A stretch of 64,000 bases of DNA, taken from NCBI RefSeq assembly GCF_000150275.1, contig NW_002060944.1:9512556-9576555 (forward strand), in the 5' to 3' direction. Source of the DNA: Trichoplax adhaerens (Eukaryota; Animalia; Placozoa). Positions within the stretch are counted from its first letter, which is position 1. Each line of letters starts with the position of its first letter. Under the pieces are notes generated by a model. The model had not been told where the DNA came from. It saw only the letters and a program-made list of their open reading frames with translations, and searched no databases. The position numbers and the translations under genes were made by a program. Below are positions 42,301-54,864 of this stretch, in pieces.

Positions 42301-45300
42301 AGTTAACTATATGTACTTTAACCTACAATGTGATAACCGTAGCTAATGCGACATGCTTGAAAATGAAAATTTTTTCAGGGCGTATTTCCTAATTCGATAA
42401 TCGTTTTCTTTTAATCGTAGCTGAATATCGTTAATGGGCAAGAAAATTGTCCTTAAAAACTAAAATATATATTCTAGAAGCAGCTAAATATTATTAAGAA
42501 TCTAAGATATTACATAGTTACATTGCTAAGAAGAGTTAAAAGTTAAGGATTGTATATCGAATTACTAAAGACATCAATTACTTATAAATTCAGAAATCAC
42601 TGATTCATCATTCCTGTGAAATTAAAATTTGATTGATACATCGTACAATGTTTTGTTTATAACCATATTTAGAGTTTTTTGGGGTGGTTGGCAAAGATCA
42701 TGGTTCTCAGAACTTAGGAAAGGTTCGATTACTGTAAGTAAATACTTTATTCTAGGCTTCAATTGAAATTTATAAATATATTAATGTAAAATTTAAAATT
42801 TAACGAATATTTTGCAGCTCTGGTACGATAACTAAGCAGAATACCTATCCTAATTACCTGCGCAACTACTGTCGTATGATCTACTGTATGCCTACTCATC
42901 CATACTCGTTTAATGACTATTATCTAAGTCAGTAACTTATCACGATATATCACACGATTGTACGCTTACTGTACTGCACTATATATGTGGCTATTAGATG
43001 TAACTGGCGCAGTTGTTGCGTCTCTACGTTGGCTCTATTCTAAAGCTGATCTCTCCTAGTTAGGCATATCTATTTGTTTAATAAAGATCCTTTCTTTATC
43101 TCTATAATCCTTTTTCATCTATCTGAGTTATTATTACAACTACTATAAAAATATTTTAAATAATATTGTTAAATAAATGTTACTGTATTAAATTGCAATA
43201 TATTTTTTTCTCTCGCTTATTTTAGTATTAATGTGCAAGATTTACTTTAGGTTATCAGAATAGTTATTCTTCTATGGTATTACTTAACGTTAACAGCTTA
43301 CTTTTGAGAGAATCGATATCCGTCATTATTCTACAAACTACAGTTTGGAATTATAGTCATTATGTATGTACTTATGGTTTGTAACATCTAAAGCATAAAA
43401 TGGACAGCTTTAGTAGCGATATTAGTTCAATATGAAGGAAGTTGATGATAAAGGTGCGAATAAATATCAACCCATTTGATTTCGTTACGGAAACGAGTGG
43501 CAGATGAATTAATTATATGCTTGTTTATCTAGTACATTTATAGTCAATCCGTATAGCCACAGGGTGTTTTGTTGAAATTGAGCAAGTTCTAAGTTGGATT
43601 TAATTTTAATCAGGTTTCGATGTATTGTTAATTGTGTATTTGTGGTAAGGAGAATAATCTTTCTGTCGCCTTTATTTCCAGACTTTGGGAGATCATTTGA
43701 AATGCAAATACTGTATCATTGTCACCGTGGATACTAATAAATCAAACTATTCCTATTGATATTAATGTATATCTGTTGTATTTCATGAAATATTTATAGA
43801 CATTCTAAACTTTCTATAAACGACGATTCTTTTGTAACATGAGCGGATTTCCTTTATATTTTGACCTTAGAAAAATGGAATGCTTAACATTTCATATTTA
43901 TGCTCTTTGCATGCTATTGGTTGATAATGAGTAAATGAAGACCTGATGTGATACCAATTACAGTATTTAGTATATGATTGCTATTTTTGATTCATATACT
44001 ATATATATATATCTATACACGAATATTCATCAAATTGCTGTCGGCAAAAATGGACCGGATGCTTAACTGGTATTTTTATTTTTCACTGTATCCGCGATCT
44101 AATAGCAAGGATGACTCTGAAAGTAAAGTATGAAGTGTTTATTGACCTACTTTAAATCCATGCATTGTTATCTTTTAATTAAGCAAGAGTACTTTAGCTC
44201 AAGCTCGCATTTAGTTAATCAACCCGATCAGCATGACAACTGTGATAAGGTGTTCCGTAATTTATTTTATACGATTATTGGACAGAATATCGTAAATTTT
44301 AATTGGTGCAGGTAGACCTTTTGAAGAGTGTCATGGATTTTTGCGTAGTCCGTAAGGAGTTGTTCGTATTTTAGCATACGTTTTGAGTTGAAGAACTTAA
44401 TGCATTCCCCTTGAATCATTATCCCGCAATATACCCTAGATTATGATTCTACGGAACATTACCGGTGATTTTCACCTCCATCATATTAAATCAAGTATGT
44501 AAATAGCCATAATAAGGACTTGCATCATGCACTAAGGGATATATTAGGACAATCAAGGAGCAAATGTCATTTGTCGTGCAGTATTATTTGGCTGAAAGTA
44601 TTACTGAATCGTTGCGAGTAGATTAACAACGCACACAAATGCTTATCCCAGGACAGACACATTCTGTCAAACACCTTGACTTGATGTCGGCTTTGCGCCA
44701 CTTTTGGCTATATCGAATGCGATAGTATGATCAAGCCTATAGGTCATCGAAATAGGACTTTTCAGATGTAATTACTGTAGATGAACATTCCTTAAGTTTA
44801 TCCAATTCGTGATTTAACTTGGGGACGTTATTATTCTATCACGTATTCCTAATATTTATTTACAGTACAGCATACACACTTTGATAAGATTGTCATGAAT
44901 TTGGTGTAAGACTTTACCCTTAAGAATCGAGGGCTAGTGTTTCTGGGTAAATCAGCCAGTATTTTTGTCATAGAGTTGATTGGATCAAAAACGATGTCAT
45001 CAGGAGATATTGAATGAAGTCATCTGGACAAAATTTTAATTGGATATTGCAGGTGCACCGAATTGAATCCCTTCCATTTTCTGGATACTAAAAGCTGTTC
45101 AAATTGAGAATTGTTGCATTACCCTACTGTAATATGCGAGTGTACGTAGCTGTTTCAGATTGACAGACTAAGGCTGTCATGTTTTCATCTAACCTTGTTC
45201 AAATAAAATCAAGAAAAGGAGCAGCAAAAGCTGTAGCGAAGTCGGTGTTTTCGTTCTTCAAATTGAATGAATCTGAGCCGAAAATGGGCAATACCTCGAA

Positions 45301-46558
45301 TGTAATTAATTTAAATCTTAACAGAGAATAAATTAAACTATGTGTGGAGCTCTTCTACAGATTTGAAATGTGCGATACGAGCTATTAATGCCTCGTAGAT
45401 GCTTATTTAGAATGACTGAAAATTGTTGTAAAATTAAAAATTTTTTTCCTGTACTGTCCACTTACAGTAATTTATCAAGCATTGAATTTGAAATTTATTT
45501 TCCACACTATTTATTCAAAATTGCCCATGGATTTCTATCGTATTGAAATGGAACCCTGTGCATTAAAGGCAACGAAATATCAGAATTTCTGCCTGGAATG
45601 TCTTGTATCGAAGCGATTGAATTGGAAGATTATTTTAATGCATTGATAGATAATTAATGAGTAGCACAGCGGCTCCTCCTGCAATGTACTACAGCTTGAT
45701 AATCATAATCATAACAGGTACTAAGCAATCCGTTAATCGACCCAAGGTTTATCCATGCACTTTAAAACTGATTTCCCTTGAGAGGATGCAGACGAAAGCA
45801 ACAACTCCCTTAGGTCGAATAATGGACAGGGAGGCGCCATCCGTCTGTCTGAAAATGACTCATGCTCCCCGCGTACTGAGTGTACAGTGTGCAGTACAGT
45901 ACACTACATTACAATACAATGTACTGTGACGGAGGACGTCACCGACTGTAAAAGCACGTTACGTCTACAGTAAAAAAAACGCCACAGTTTATTCCAAACT
46001 TTCCACTTTCATTGCGAATATTAGTCCATTGGCATACCTTTTATCGATATCAATGCTATATTCAGAACAAGCATTCTATTTTCAATCGATTGGTATACAA
46101 CTCGTGTCGTAAAATGAAAACTTGGCGTTTTGGTCTAGTTTGAAACGTCGGGAAATGATGATCAGACCCCTGGTCTGCCCCAGCACTGTACCGTGTACAG
46201 TATGGCGTACTGTACACTGTGAACTGTAAGACCGTACCGCGTTGATCACGTGTCCTCTCCAGGCTTTCGTCATACAAAAAATGAAAACGCTGCAGCCAGT
46301 ATAGACTTGCCGACTGGATGGCGTACTGAAGGTTGATGACTAGAGGGCAGGCAACCAAAGCTAAAAATCTTCTCTTCTTTTACGTCACTTATATCAAACA
46401 AGAAACATCTGCTCCAAGCAGCAATCTGTTATTGAAGTAATCCCGACTGTTCCATCCATTCCGTTTGGCTTGTATTCTCCAATTAGACAATTGATATGAG
46501 CAATTGGGTAGCGCCAACAACACATCATAATCGATCTTTACCAACGTTCAATCAAGGG

Positions 46559-49500
46559 ATGGAGTACGAACTTGATCCAAGGTAATAAGAGTCCAACCAA
46601 TTTAATCATCATCATGAACTTTCCCTACTATCCTTTCATCCATACTCAACTTGGTTATTCAACTTGGTCAATCCATGGATGACCAACTCATTCCTTATTC
46701 TTTCTTTTATGTTCCTTTTTTTATCTCTTATTTTATTCCTCAATTTGAGATCATTTCAAAAGAGAGATTTTCTCTTGATCGCAAACATACTAGTTGTCTT
46801 GTAAGGATTTGGTAACTGTTCTCGTTGGCCAGTTGATTGCATTGCCTATCAACCCCAATGGAAAGGATACAACATGCCTAGGCTACATCATCAATTCAAA
46901 GAATATTCTACTAGTACAGGAGTGGATGAACAGTAGAAATAATTGTATAAAAAAACGTCTTGTCAGATAGCCTAGCCTATTTTTCAATAGCATCGTTTCC
47001 TTGCAGTATAAAATAAACGTGTATATCGATAGTAAGAAAAGGCCATGCTAGTCATCATACGCTTCCAATCGATACGACAGTCTAGACTAATTCCATGAGG
47101 GTAATAAAATGATTGCTGATGACAAATGAGTCAGAGGAAAGACAATCGCCGTGACTACTACTTCCATCCAATTCTTGCAGTTCTGTTCACTTTGATTCTT
47201 CCATTTTGCTATCTTATCGTCTAATCTATTGTTTTCCTGATGTTGATTTTTTAACGATCATCCATGGCGGATGATGGTAACAGAAATGTCGGCATTCCTG
47301 GCAGTGTCAAATTAACCAAGGATGCCAAAAATTTAATTGGTATCAGTATTGGAGGTGGTGCGCCGTTATGCCCTTGCTTATACGTTGTACAAGTCTTTGA
47401 TAATACACCTGCTGCTAAAGATGCCACATTAAGTGCCGGCGATGAAATTGTCGGAGTCAACAACATCTCGGTCAAAGGCAAAACTAAAGTAGAAGTAGCT
47501 AAAAATATTCAAGCAATCAAGGTAGGTTCCCCCCAAGAAAATAATATCCATACCGTATAGCAGTATATATCTTGGTTGTATTCTCTGGCGATAGAGGTAG
47601 AACAAGCATTGTTGAGATTTCTCGATGAAAGTATTAGTTGTAAAAATATACTTATAGTAGACCAGTATATCTTGGTTGTATTCTCTAGCCATAGAGGTAG
47701 AACAAGCATTGTTGAGATTACTCGATGAAAGTAATAATTGTAAAAATTTACTTATAGTAGACCAGTATGTCTTGGTTGTATTCTCTAGCGATAAAGGTAG
47801 AACAAGCATTGTTGAGATAACTTGATGAAGAAAACAGTTGTACAAATATACTTATAGTAGACCAGTATATCTTGGTTGTATTCTCTAGCGATAGAGGTAG
47901 AACAAGCATTGTTGAGATAACTCGATGAAGAAAACAGTTGTAAAAATATACTTAATAGTAGTCCAGTATATCTTGGTTGTATTTCTCTAGCGATAGAGGT
48001 AGAACAATCATTGTTAAAAGAACTCGATGAAGAAAATGCTTGTTAAACAAACACATTCCAATTTTTCACCCCTTAACAGTATATTGATTCCATTCACATC
48101 AATTGTAATCGTCATAGTTATAAAGTATGCCGAGTATTCCTTTTAATCCAAAGGAAAAAATGAAAATGTTGAAAATTACCGTATGGATAGTTGCCTACAT
48201 CTGGTAGTAAATGTCAATACTGTATGCAGAATACAATTTTACCGTCCAAGTGGATTATGTTAACGCATCCGGGTAGATTATGATTATTGCTGTATCAATC
48301 TTTTGCTATCTACTTACGCTAGTAAAAACTCAATCTTCAAGTCAGAGCTTCTTGACGACTCCATAATTTTATCGAATAGCGATATACGAGTCCATTTCAT
48401 TGATTAAATTAAACAAATGATATTACATGGTAACACTACTGTGTAATAGTAGCATTATAGCGTACAACGGCATTTGAAATTGGATACCGTAAATTGTTTA
48501 GCGAATAGACAAGATGAAAATGATACAATTAGAAAAAGGGAAAACCTCTATCAACATACTCTTAGTAGAATGATGAGAACGTGATATAGCTTGTACTGTA
48601 AATGGTACAGTTTGCCTTAAACGATAAGGTTAAAATATGTACTTGAGGATGTCTTGAATCAGACTTCATTGTCAATTCAATTACTTCAATAGGGTGAAGT
48701 AACCATAAATTATGTTAAACTACAAGGCGATCCAAAGCAAGGAAAAACACTAGACATAGGTAAGGAAGAGAGTACTAGTTCAATTCATAATCGGTGGTAG
48801 TATTATAAACCGCCAATCTACTGAATACAATAACTACAATAGTTGAAATTTGCTTAAACGATCATCCTTCTTGTAAGTTCTTTTCCAAAGTAAGCTTTAT
48901 TATAGCTTTTTGCATGGCATGATGAGACTATTCTATATTATTAATAAATAGGCTGTAGTTTTTAATAGTGCAATAAAGTTACCCAAATTCCTAACTTTAA
49001 CTACCACAAAATTGAAAAGTTATAAACTACTGTTCAAGTATGAGAGACGTGTAATTTTTGCATTTATAATGAAATGGCAATTAACATGCTTCTTAGACCT
49101 CTACAGTTCTAATATGAATAGATGGACATATGGTTACGTTACTATTTTACTGTACTGTATTAGCTTCTACACCATCGCACAATGGTCATGTGGCTGACAA
49201 GATGTACTATATCTTCTATGATAATGTAAACTACAAATCTTTTTTCCGATATTATTGATGAACCATGGTTGTTCTAACAAATACTTGAAGATTGATTTAC
49301 CCATTAGTTCGGACACACGTTGTTATGGGTCTTATCTAAAGTAAAATCATTTTGAGCTATTTAGTATACTATAGTATCGACTGTGGCATGATATTAACTA
49401 GATGTCTTGGTTTTAGTGATATTACATTGCTAAGATATCAGTTTGAAAGATCGTACACAGCGATTATAATTAGCATCTAATGGCTGCTGCTAAATATTAC

Positions 49501-51827
49501 TTTTATCATAACAGGTAGTAATAATTCATGTAAAAGCGCATCGTATAGATCGTATGCTCGATTGTCCCAAAATTAAGATATAATTAACATTTTTCAAGAT
49601 TTCATAAAGTATGTCTATTCAATGTATATAAAATATGATTAACTAGATAATTTCTCAAGTAATTTTGGTTTAAATGACAATTTATGAATTGGATATGGTC
49701 CACGTATGCTGCATAAATGCACTTTTCTTTCATCATCATTTTTTGAACCTAATATTTTAAAATAACTTACACATGACGAAATATTGTTTTTGTGTAGTGT
49801 CATCGAATCACATGCAATACTAAATAAATGTACACTTTTTTTACAGTCTTGAAAAAAGTCAAACATCGCATTGTAGAAAATATGAGTTCTTCCACTGCTG
49901 ACTCTCTTGGCTTGAGCAGAGCTATCTTATGCAATGGTACGTATGATTTTAAACGGTTAAAAATCAATAAAGTCAATAGGATGTTGTATCGATCGTTTCA
50001 CTAATGATAACTTGCGATTGTAGACACCCTTGTCAAGCGTTTGGAAGAATTACAACAAAATTCTAGTATTTATTTAGGTGAGTTAGTCTTTCACATTCTA
50101 TTGAAAGACAATTATCATGTTGAATCACACTAATTCATAATCTGCCTTGATTATAGGCTTGATCGAGAGAGCTAGAGCAATGATGAAAAGTACAGCTAAG
50201 TTAATTGCTGCTCATAAAGGTAAAATATATGCAATGAATAAAGTCTTTGCCTGATTGGCACTTACTGTGAATATCAGGAAATAAAGTAGTTATTGGTAAG
50301 AATTTCCTTACTCTCATCTATAGCATTTGGCGAAGCTTTTGCTGCAATCGGTGTAAAAGAACCACAAGCAAATGCGAGCTTGGCTTTCTCAAGATTTGGA
50401 GAAGCTCATCGGTGAGATTATGTAAAATAGTATTTATCACCACCTTATTATTTACCCTGTAATATGCTAGCTTTAAAGCTGTAAGTCATCGTGACTAGAA
50501 ATTAGGTAGCATTACTCGATCATGTTAAGTTAAATTTGTCATTTATAACGCTATTATACTGTAGTAATCTAGAGAGATTTGGAACGCAGCTGCTTCGAAA
50601 CATTGCACCGGTAAGGACCAGTCAACACTACAGTTGTAGCAAAATTATCTGTTAATTTTTTTTAAATTATACTGCTACCAACATGAAAATATGAATTTGC
50701 TTTATGTTTCAGATCGTGACTGACCTGATGACCTACTTGAGTAAGGTTAGTGCTCAGGCATCAATCTTACATTATTACGCTTGTAGTAATTTATAACTTG
50801 CTGATGATAATACAACTTATCCATATGTTTCTAAATGTATTCTAACTTTGAAAACGATTGATTGTCAATTAATTACCTTCATATCGATCGTACTTTGGCT
50901 CAGGCAATTCCGGATACTCGGTTGACGATTAAGAAATACGCCGATGTTAAATTTGAATATCTGGTATGAAAAGGATTGCTCTTTGAATGACTGTAATATT
51001 ATAACAATTCTAGAAACAGCGAAATGTTGACAATGTTCTTGGCTTATTAATTACTAGGCTTATTGCTTAAAAGTCAAGGAAATGGATGATGAAGAATATG
51101 GTTACGCGGTATCGATAATTTCAAAGCTATATTTTCACTTGTTTAAAGGAGGCTTATTGACGTAGTTATTAACCACTATACTCATATCTGTAATATTCGT
51201 TTAGGCGATGCATGAGTCTTTATACCGAGTTGAAACGGGCAATTACGAATACAGGTGACTTCAAGATGATGTTTACATCAGGAACTGCTATATTAAATTA
51301 GAATTAGTTACATTAAAGGATGTTTAGATTTCGTATGTTGTACATTTTCTAACTCTAAATTGTACTTAGGCTGGTACTAAGATGCCGACATGACGCTAGA
51401 GTACGGTTTGCGAAACTTAGGCAAGACGTCATGGTCAAATTGGAATTGCTTGACCATAAGCATGGTAAAAAAAATAATTATCGTCTATGTGGTTGATTCA
51501 CATATGTAATATCTCTATAAAATTTTAACAGCTATTTACTGTATTTCCACTACTCAAGATAGATAGCGATATTATTGTATACGTTTGAAGATGATATAAA
51601 GTAGAGTAATGTTGCCATATTTTTAGGTGATGTGTTATTTACTTATCATTTTTAACATTGCAGTTCAAGATTTATGCACACAATTACGCCGTCTAATAGG
51701 CAGTTTAACAGAGTACCATCAAGATTGCATAAAAGAAATGGAAGAAACAGATATCTTTCCAATTGAAATCGATTTAAATAGAGCTTTACAGAAAACTGCT
51801 CCGACTACAGAAGTTGAGGCTCAATAG
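46559..51827 (+). CDS. PICK1: PRKCA-binding protein PICK1 (PDZ + BAR/arfaptin domain), ~14 exons
   Basis: Exon 46559-46581 (MEYELDPR) splices to 47284-47521 (NVGIPGSVKLTKDAKNLIGISIGGGAPLCPCLYVVQVFDNTPAA...KGKTKVEVAK). Later exons give GEVTINYVKLQGDPKQGKTLDI, VLKKVKHRIVENMSSSTADSLGLSRAILCND, AIPDTRLTIKKYADVKFEYL, AYCLKVKEMDDEEY, LYRVETGNYEYR, KLELLDHKH and DIFPIEIDL. Confidence 0.96.
47561..48045. repeat. Intronic tandem array, ~100-bp unit, ~4.8 copies
   Basis: CAGTATATCTTGGTTGTATTCTCTRGCGATAGAGGTAGAACAAGCATTGTTGAGAT recurs at ~47561, 47663, 47763, 47863 and 47964. Confidence 0.95.
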
Positions 51828-53652
51828 GATGCATAGGATTGTGTCTAATGTATGCTTTGATAAATTGGATATAGCCAAATATCCTGGTCGCTAGGATCGA
51901 AATTGATTGGTATATTTTTATCAAGTGTTTGAGAAATCTAATCTAATTGAATTTGTAACGACATGCGATGTGTTGTTCTGATGTGACAAATCTTATTAGC
52001 TCATAAACGAATATTTATAATACTTTTCGTGTATATCGAGTTCTATACAAAGCCCAATATTAATAGAGGAAATACAGTATATTCCGAGCATTATGAGAAT
52101 GATAAAAGCGTACTTAGTTTATAATGTAATATACATTGGAGCAATGACCATACATGGTAATTTATCGTATTGTGTTACGGTTATTACAAGTACGTACCCG
52201 ATATGTATTAGTATGCTACTGCATAAAATGTTAAGAAATCGGAAATGCATTTAACGTATATAATATTATAATTATAGTAATATTAAAAATTAACCGTCTC
52301 GCAATAGAAATGATGTAATTATAATTGCAAAATTACGCACGTAGGTGAGCAATATTAATATTTACTGTTAGTAAAACCCACGAAAGCTACTTGGATAGTA
52401 TTTAACTAATTTTTAGAAAAGTTAGACCTTGCTCTATTTCGTAATTCATTGCCTGCTGCATTCAGAAGAATGTAATTCGAATAAACTAGTTCGTAATCTA
52501 CTTAATCATAAGACGAAAAAGATCTTTATGTGAGAACACCTTGTTCAGCTAATGTTGGTAATATTGATTTCACTCTGCCAATGATGCAAGGACACTTTGA
52601 CACGTTTCTAAAATGCAGCTTATGTATTTGTAGCGTTGTTCGGAAGAAAACTTTTTATTTCTTCTCAGGTTAATAGTGCAAATATTAATGGTAGAGTAAC
52701 GATTAGTTCGCATTTGTTCGATAAAATATTAAATGTTGAATAATAATTATTATAATGGTTTCGAATTTTAAAATCTGCAGTTAATGATATACGGTAGGTA
52801 TGAACATAGCTTTTTTTGATCAAAGGATTTTCCTCAACCGTTTGTATGCTGTTTCGTTGGTTTAGTTATATATAATTAGACAAAATCAGTGAATGCCAAT
52901 CAAATCAAATCAATCATGAGACAAAACAATACTAGATAAATCTAGCAAAAACAAGTGAATTTAAATAGCTATAACAATTATCAACCCTTACTACCGTGAT
53001 CACTATGCGGCAGGGTAATACACAGAAGCAGATTCAATCAATAGATTTAACTGTCATTAATACTGTACTATGTAAATGCAAAGGATATAGTGAGTAATTT
53101 TCTGGTGTGTTTGAAGAATGGGGCCCATTCTTGCCAATAGCATACGAATATTAAAGTCCATGGAGTAAAACCATGATTAACAGCTACAGGGTATTTATTT
53201 CACTTTTTATATACTGGTAGGCGAAAAATACTGAAGAAGTAAATTTATGTGCACGTAAGAATAAGGAATAGTTTAAAATTTCGGTATATCCAAAGCTTCA
53301 TGCTTAATTTCATAGGACCTTGGCCAATACTTGTAAAAATACGATTGCATGCAAAGCTAATAGTCTTCAGTAGTGCAGGGAGTATAATCCGGCTTGAAAT
53401 AACGGAAGAAATCTCCTTAACCATTTGATCTTTCCTACCGTATATGAATGTGTAGATGTGAAGTTAGTTGAAACTGTATTTAAGTGTTAAAGAATTTGAC
53501 GAGCTTGTGTACAGCTAGACTTCAGTAGCATCGAGCTGAAATAGACAAGTTAAGCAAGGATAGTGAGTGAGAGACGATATTTAAAGAGCTGCGAGTAAGT
53601 GCACTGTCCACAGTGTCTAGTGTAATTGTAAAACGTGCATGTTATCTAGATG

Positions 53653-54294
53653 TTAAACTTGTTTCATTTGAAGTTGCACTTTCAAGCAATAATGGTCGGA
53701 AATAAAATTGCCTTTATCGACACGGAAATCCTTTAACAACCATTCGTTGTTACGGAGATAGACACGATCATATCGACATTTCCATTTAAAAGGGCGATCT
53801 ACCCACCAACCTTTATTTTCGTAGCCGTCCATGGTAAAGCGATGGTCAGCAGGTTGGCCAGCGGTCAGAAAAGTGTCATCTAATTCAGAAACATTTTCAT
53901 CATTTCTCATATTTGTGTCACCAGCAACGACAACATACTCATGATTACGCAACTTTGCCATAACCCAGTTAGCACATTTCGATCTTAGAGATTTACTCTC
54001 CTTAAATGGTGGCCAATGAACACCACAAATTAGCCAGCGATCATCGATCAGAGCGCAAGCAGTACCATGTGGCCACTCATCTCCAAACGGATGAGCCATC
54101 ATGCCTTGTCGAACATAGATATGTGTCTCACCGCAATGTGACCGCTGACCGACGATAAATTTAAATCCAGCTTGGGTAATTTCCTTACGACTGGCAGGGT
54201 TCGCTTCTTGTAATACTACAACATCTTGTTGATGAAGAAATTGTGCGAATCCTTTGGATTGGCTCACATTCCATGTGGCTAAATTGTAACTCAT
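53653..54294 (-). CDS. Intronless EEP (exonuclease/endonuclease/phosphatase) superfamily protein, TDP2-like, 213 aa
   Basis: From the ATG at 54294: LATWNV, VVVLQE, GVHW, VVAGDTNMR, D-TF-x-x-x-G-x-P...RFTMDGYEN, CRYDRVY, FISDHY. All EEP catalytic motifs are present, with TDP2-like GDTN.R, R.DR and SDH. Confidence 0.85.
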   Translation of the reverse strand: MSYNLATWNVSQSKGFAQFLHQQDVVVLQEANPASRKEITQAGFKFIVGQRSHCGETHIYVRQGMMAHPFGDEWPHGTACALIDDRWLICGVHWPPFKESKSLRSKCANWVMAKLRNHEYVVVAGDTNMRNDENVSELDDTFLTAGQPADHRFTMDGYENKGWWVDRPFKWKCRYDRVYLRNNEWLLKDFRVDKGNFISDHYCLKVQLQMKQV

Positions 54295-54702
54295 GATCGT
54301 GTTGATGATGGACAGTCGTGAAAAATACCAATCAAACCTTTTCTTGTTTTGCAACAATAAAAGCAATCCCGTTAACTCCTATTAGATAATATTAATATCA
54401 GTTTGCTCTTCCTGCAACAGTGGCTAACGTCCAGATTGATCAGTAGCTAAGACAGTTGAAATCTAGAGATGATTCTTAATATACGGCAGTGGATGACCAG
54501 ATTTTTTGCTATGAGTTCATTTGCATACTTGCACCTTTGCTCATCTCGTCGGTGTTTATGCCGTGTCTATTTTGAAAATTTGAGAAAGGCCGCTGGTGCA
54601 CTATTTCATCTATCCATCAGCGCATGAGTATTAGCCCGAACCATTTTGCATAAATTACTTGGCGCTCATGAGATTGGACGATTTCTAGATTTTATTTTTT
54701 AC

Positions 54703-54785
54703 ATATGTCAATAAATGTCTAATGTATCAGTAGGACTGCTTAAACGAAGTGGACAAGGTAATTGATGCAAAATGGTTAGGACTAA
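54703..54785 (+). repeat. Dispersed repeat copy, homologous to the reverse complement of 3899-3980
   Basis: ATATGTCAATAAATGTCTAATGTATCAGTAGGACTGCTTAAACGAAGTGGACAAGGTAATTGATGCAAAATG vs revcomp ATATGTCAATATATGTCTAATGTATCAGTAGGACAGCTTAAACCGAGTGTACAAAGTAATGAATGCAAAATG. Confidence 0.8.
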
Positions 54786-54864
54786 TGAGCATATCATAAA
54801 TGAGACCATACAACTGGACGAATACTGTATTGGTATTTGCTGTATTGTATTCTGCTTCATTACT

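Noticed and set aside
47429-47845. 138-aa repetitive ORF in the PICK1 intron
   Set aside because: It is a translation of the 100-bp tandem repeat, whose unit length is not a multiple of 3.
53653-54366. EEP ORF as LINE/retrotransposon APE endonuclease; also its upstream TTG start
   Set aside because: A stop follows directly after the SDH motif, with no reverse transcriptase or poly-A tail, and the motifs (GDTNMR, RYDR) are TDP2-like. The real start is most likely the ATG at 54294.
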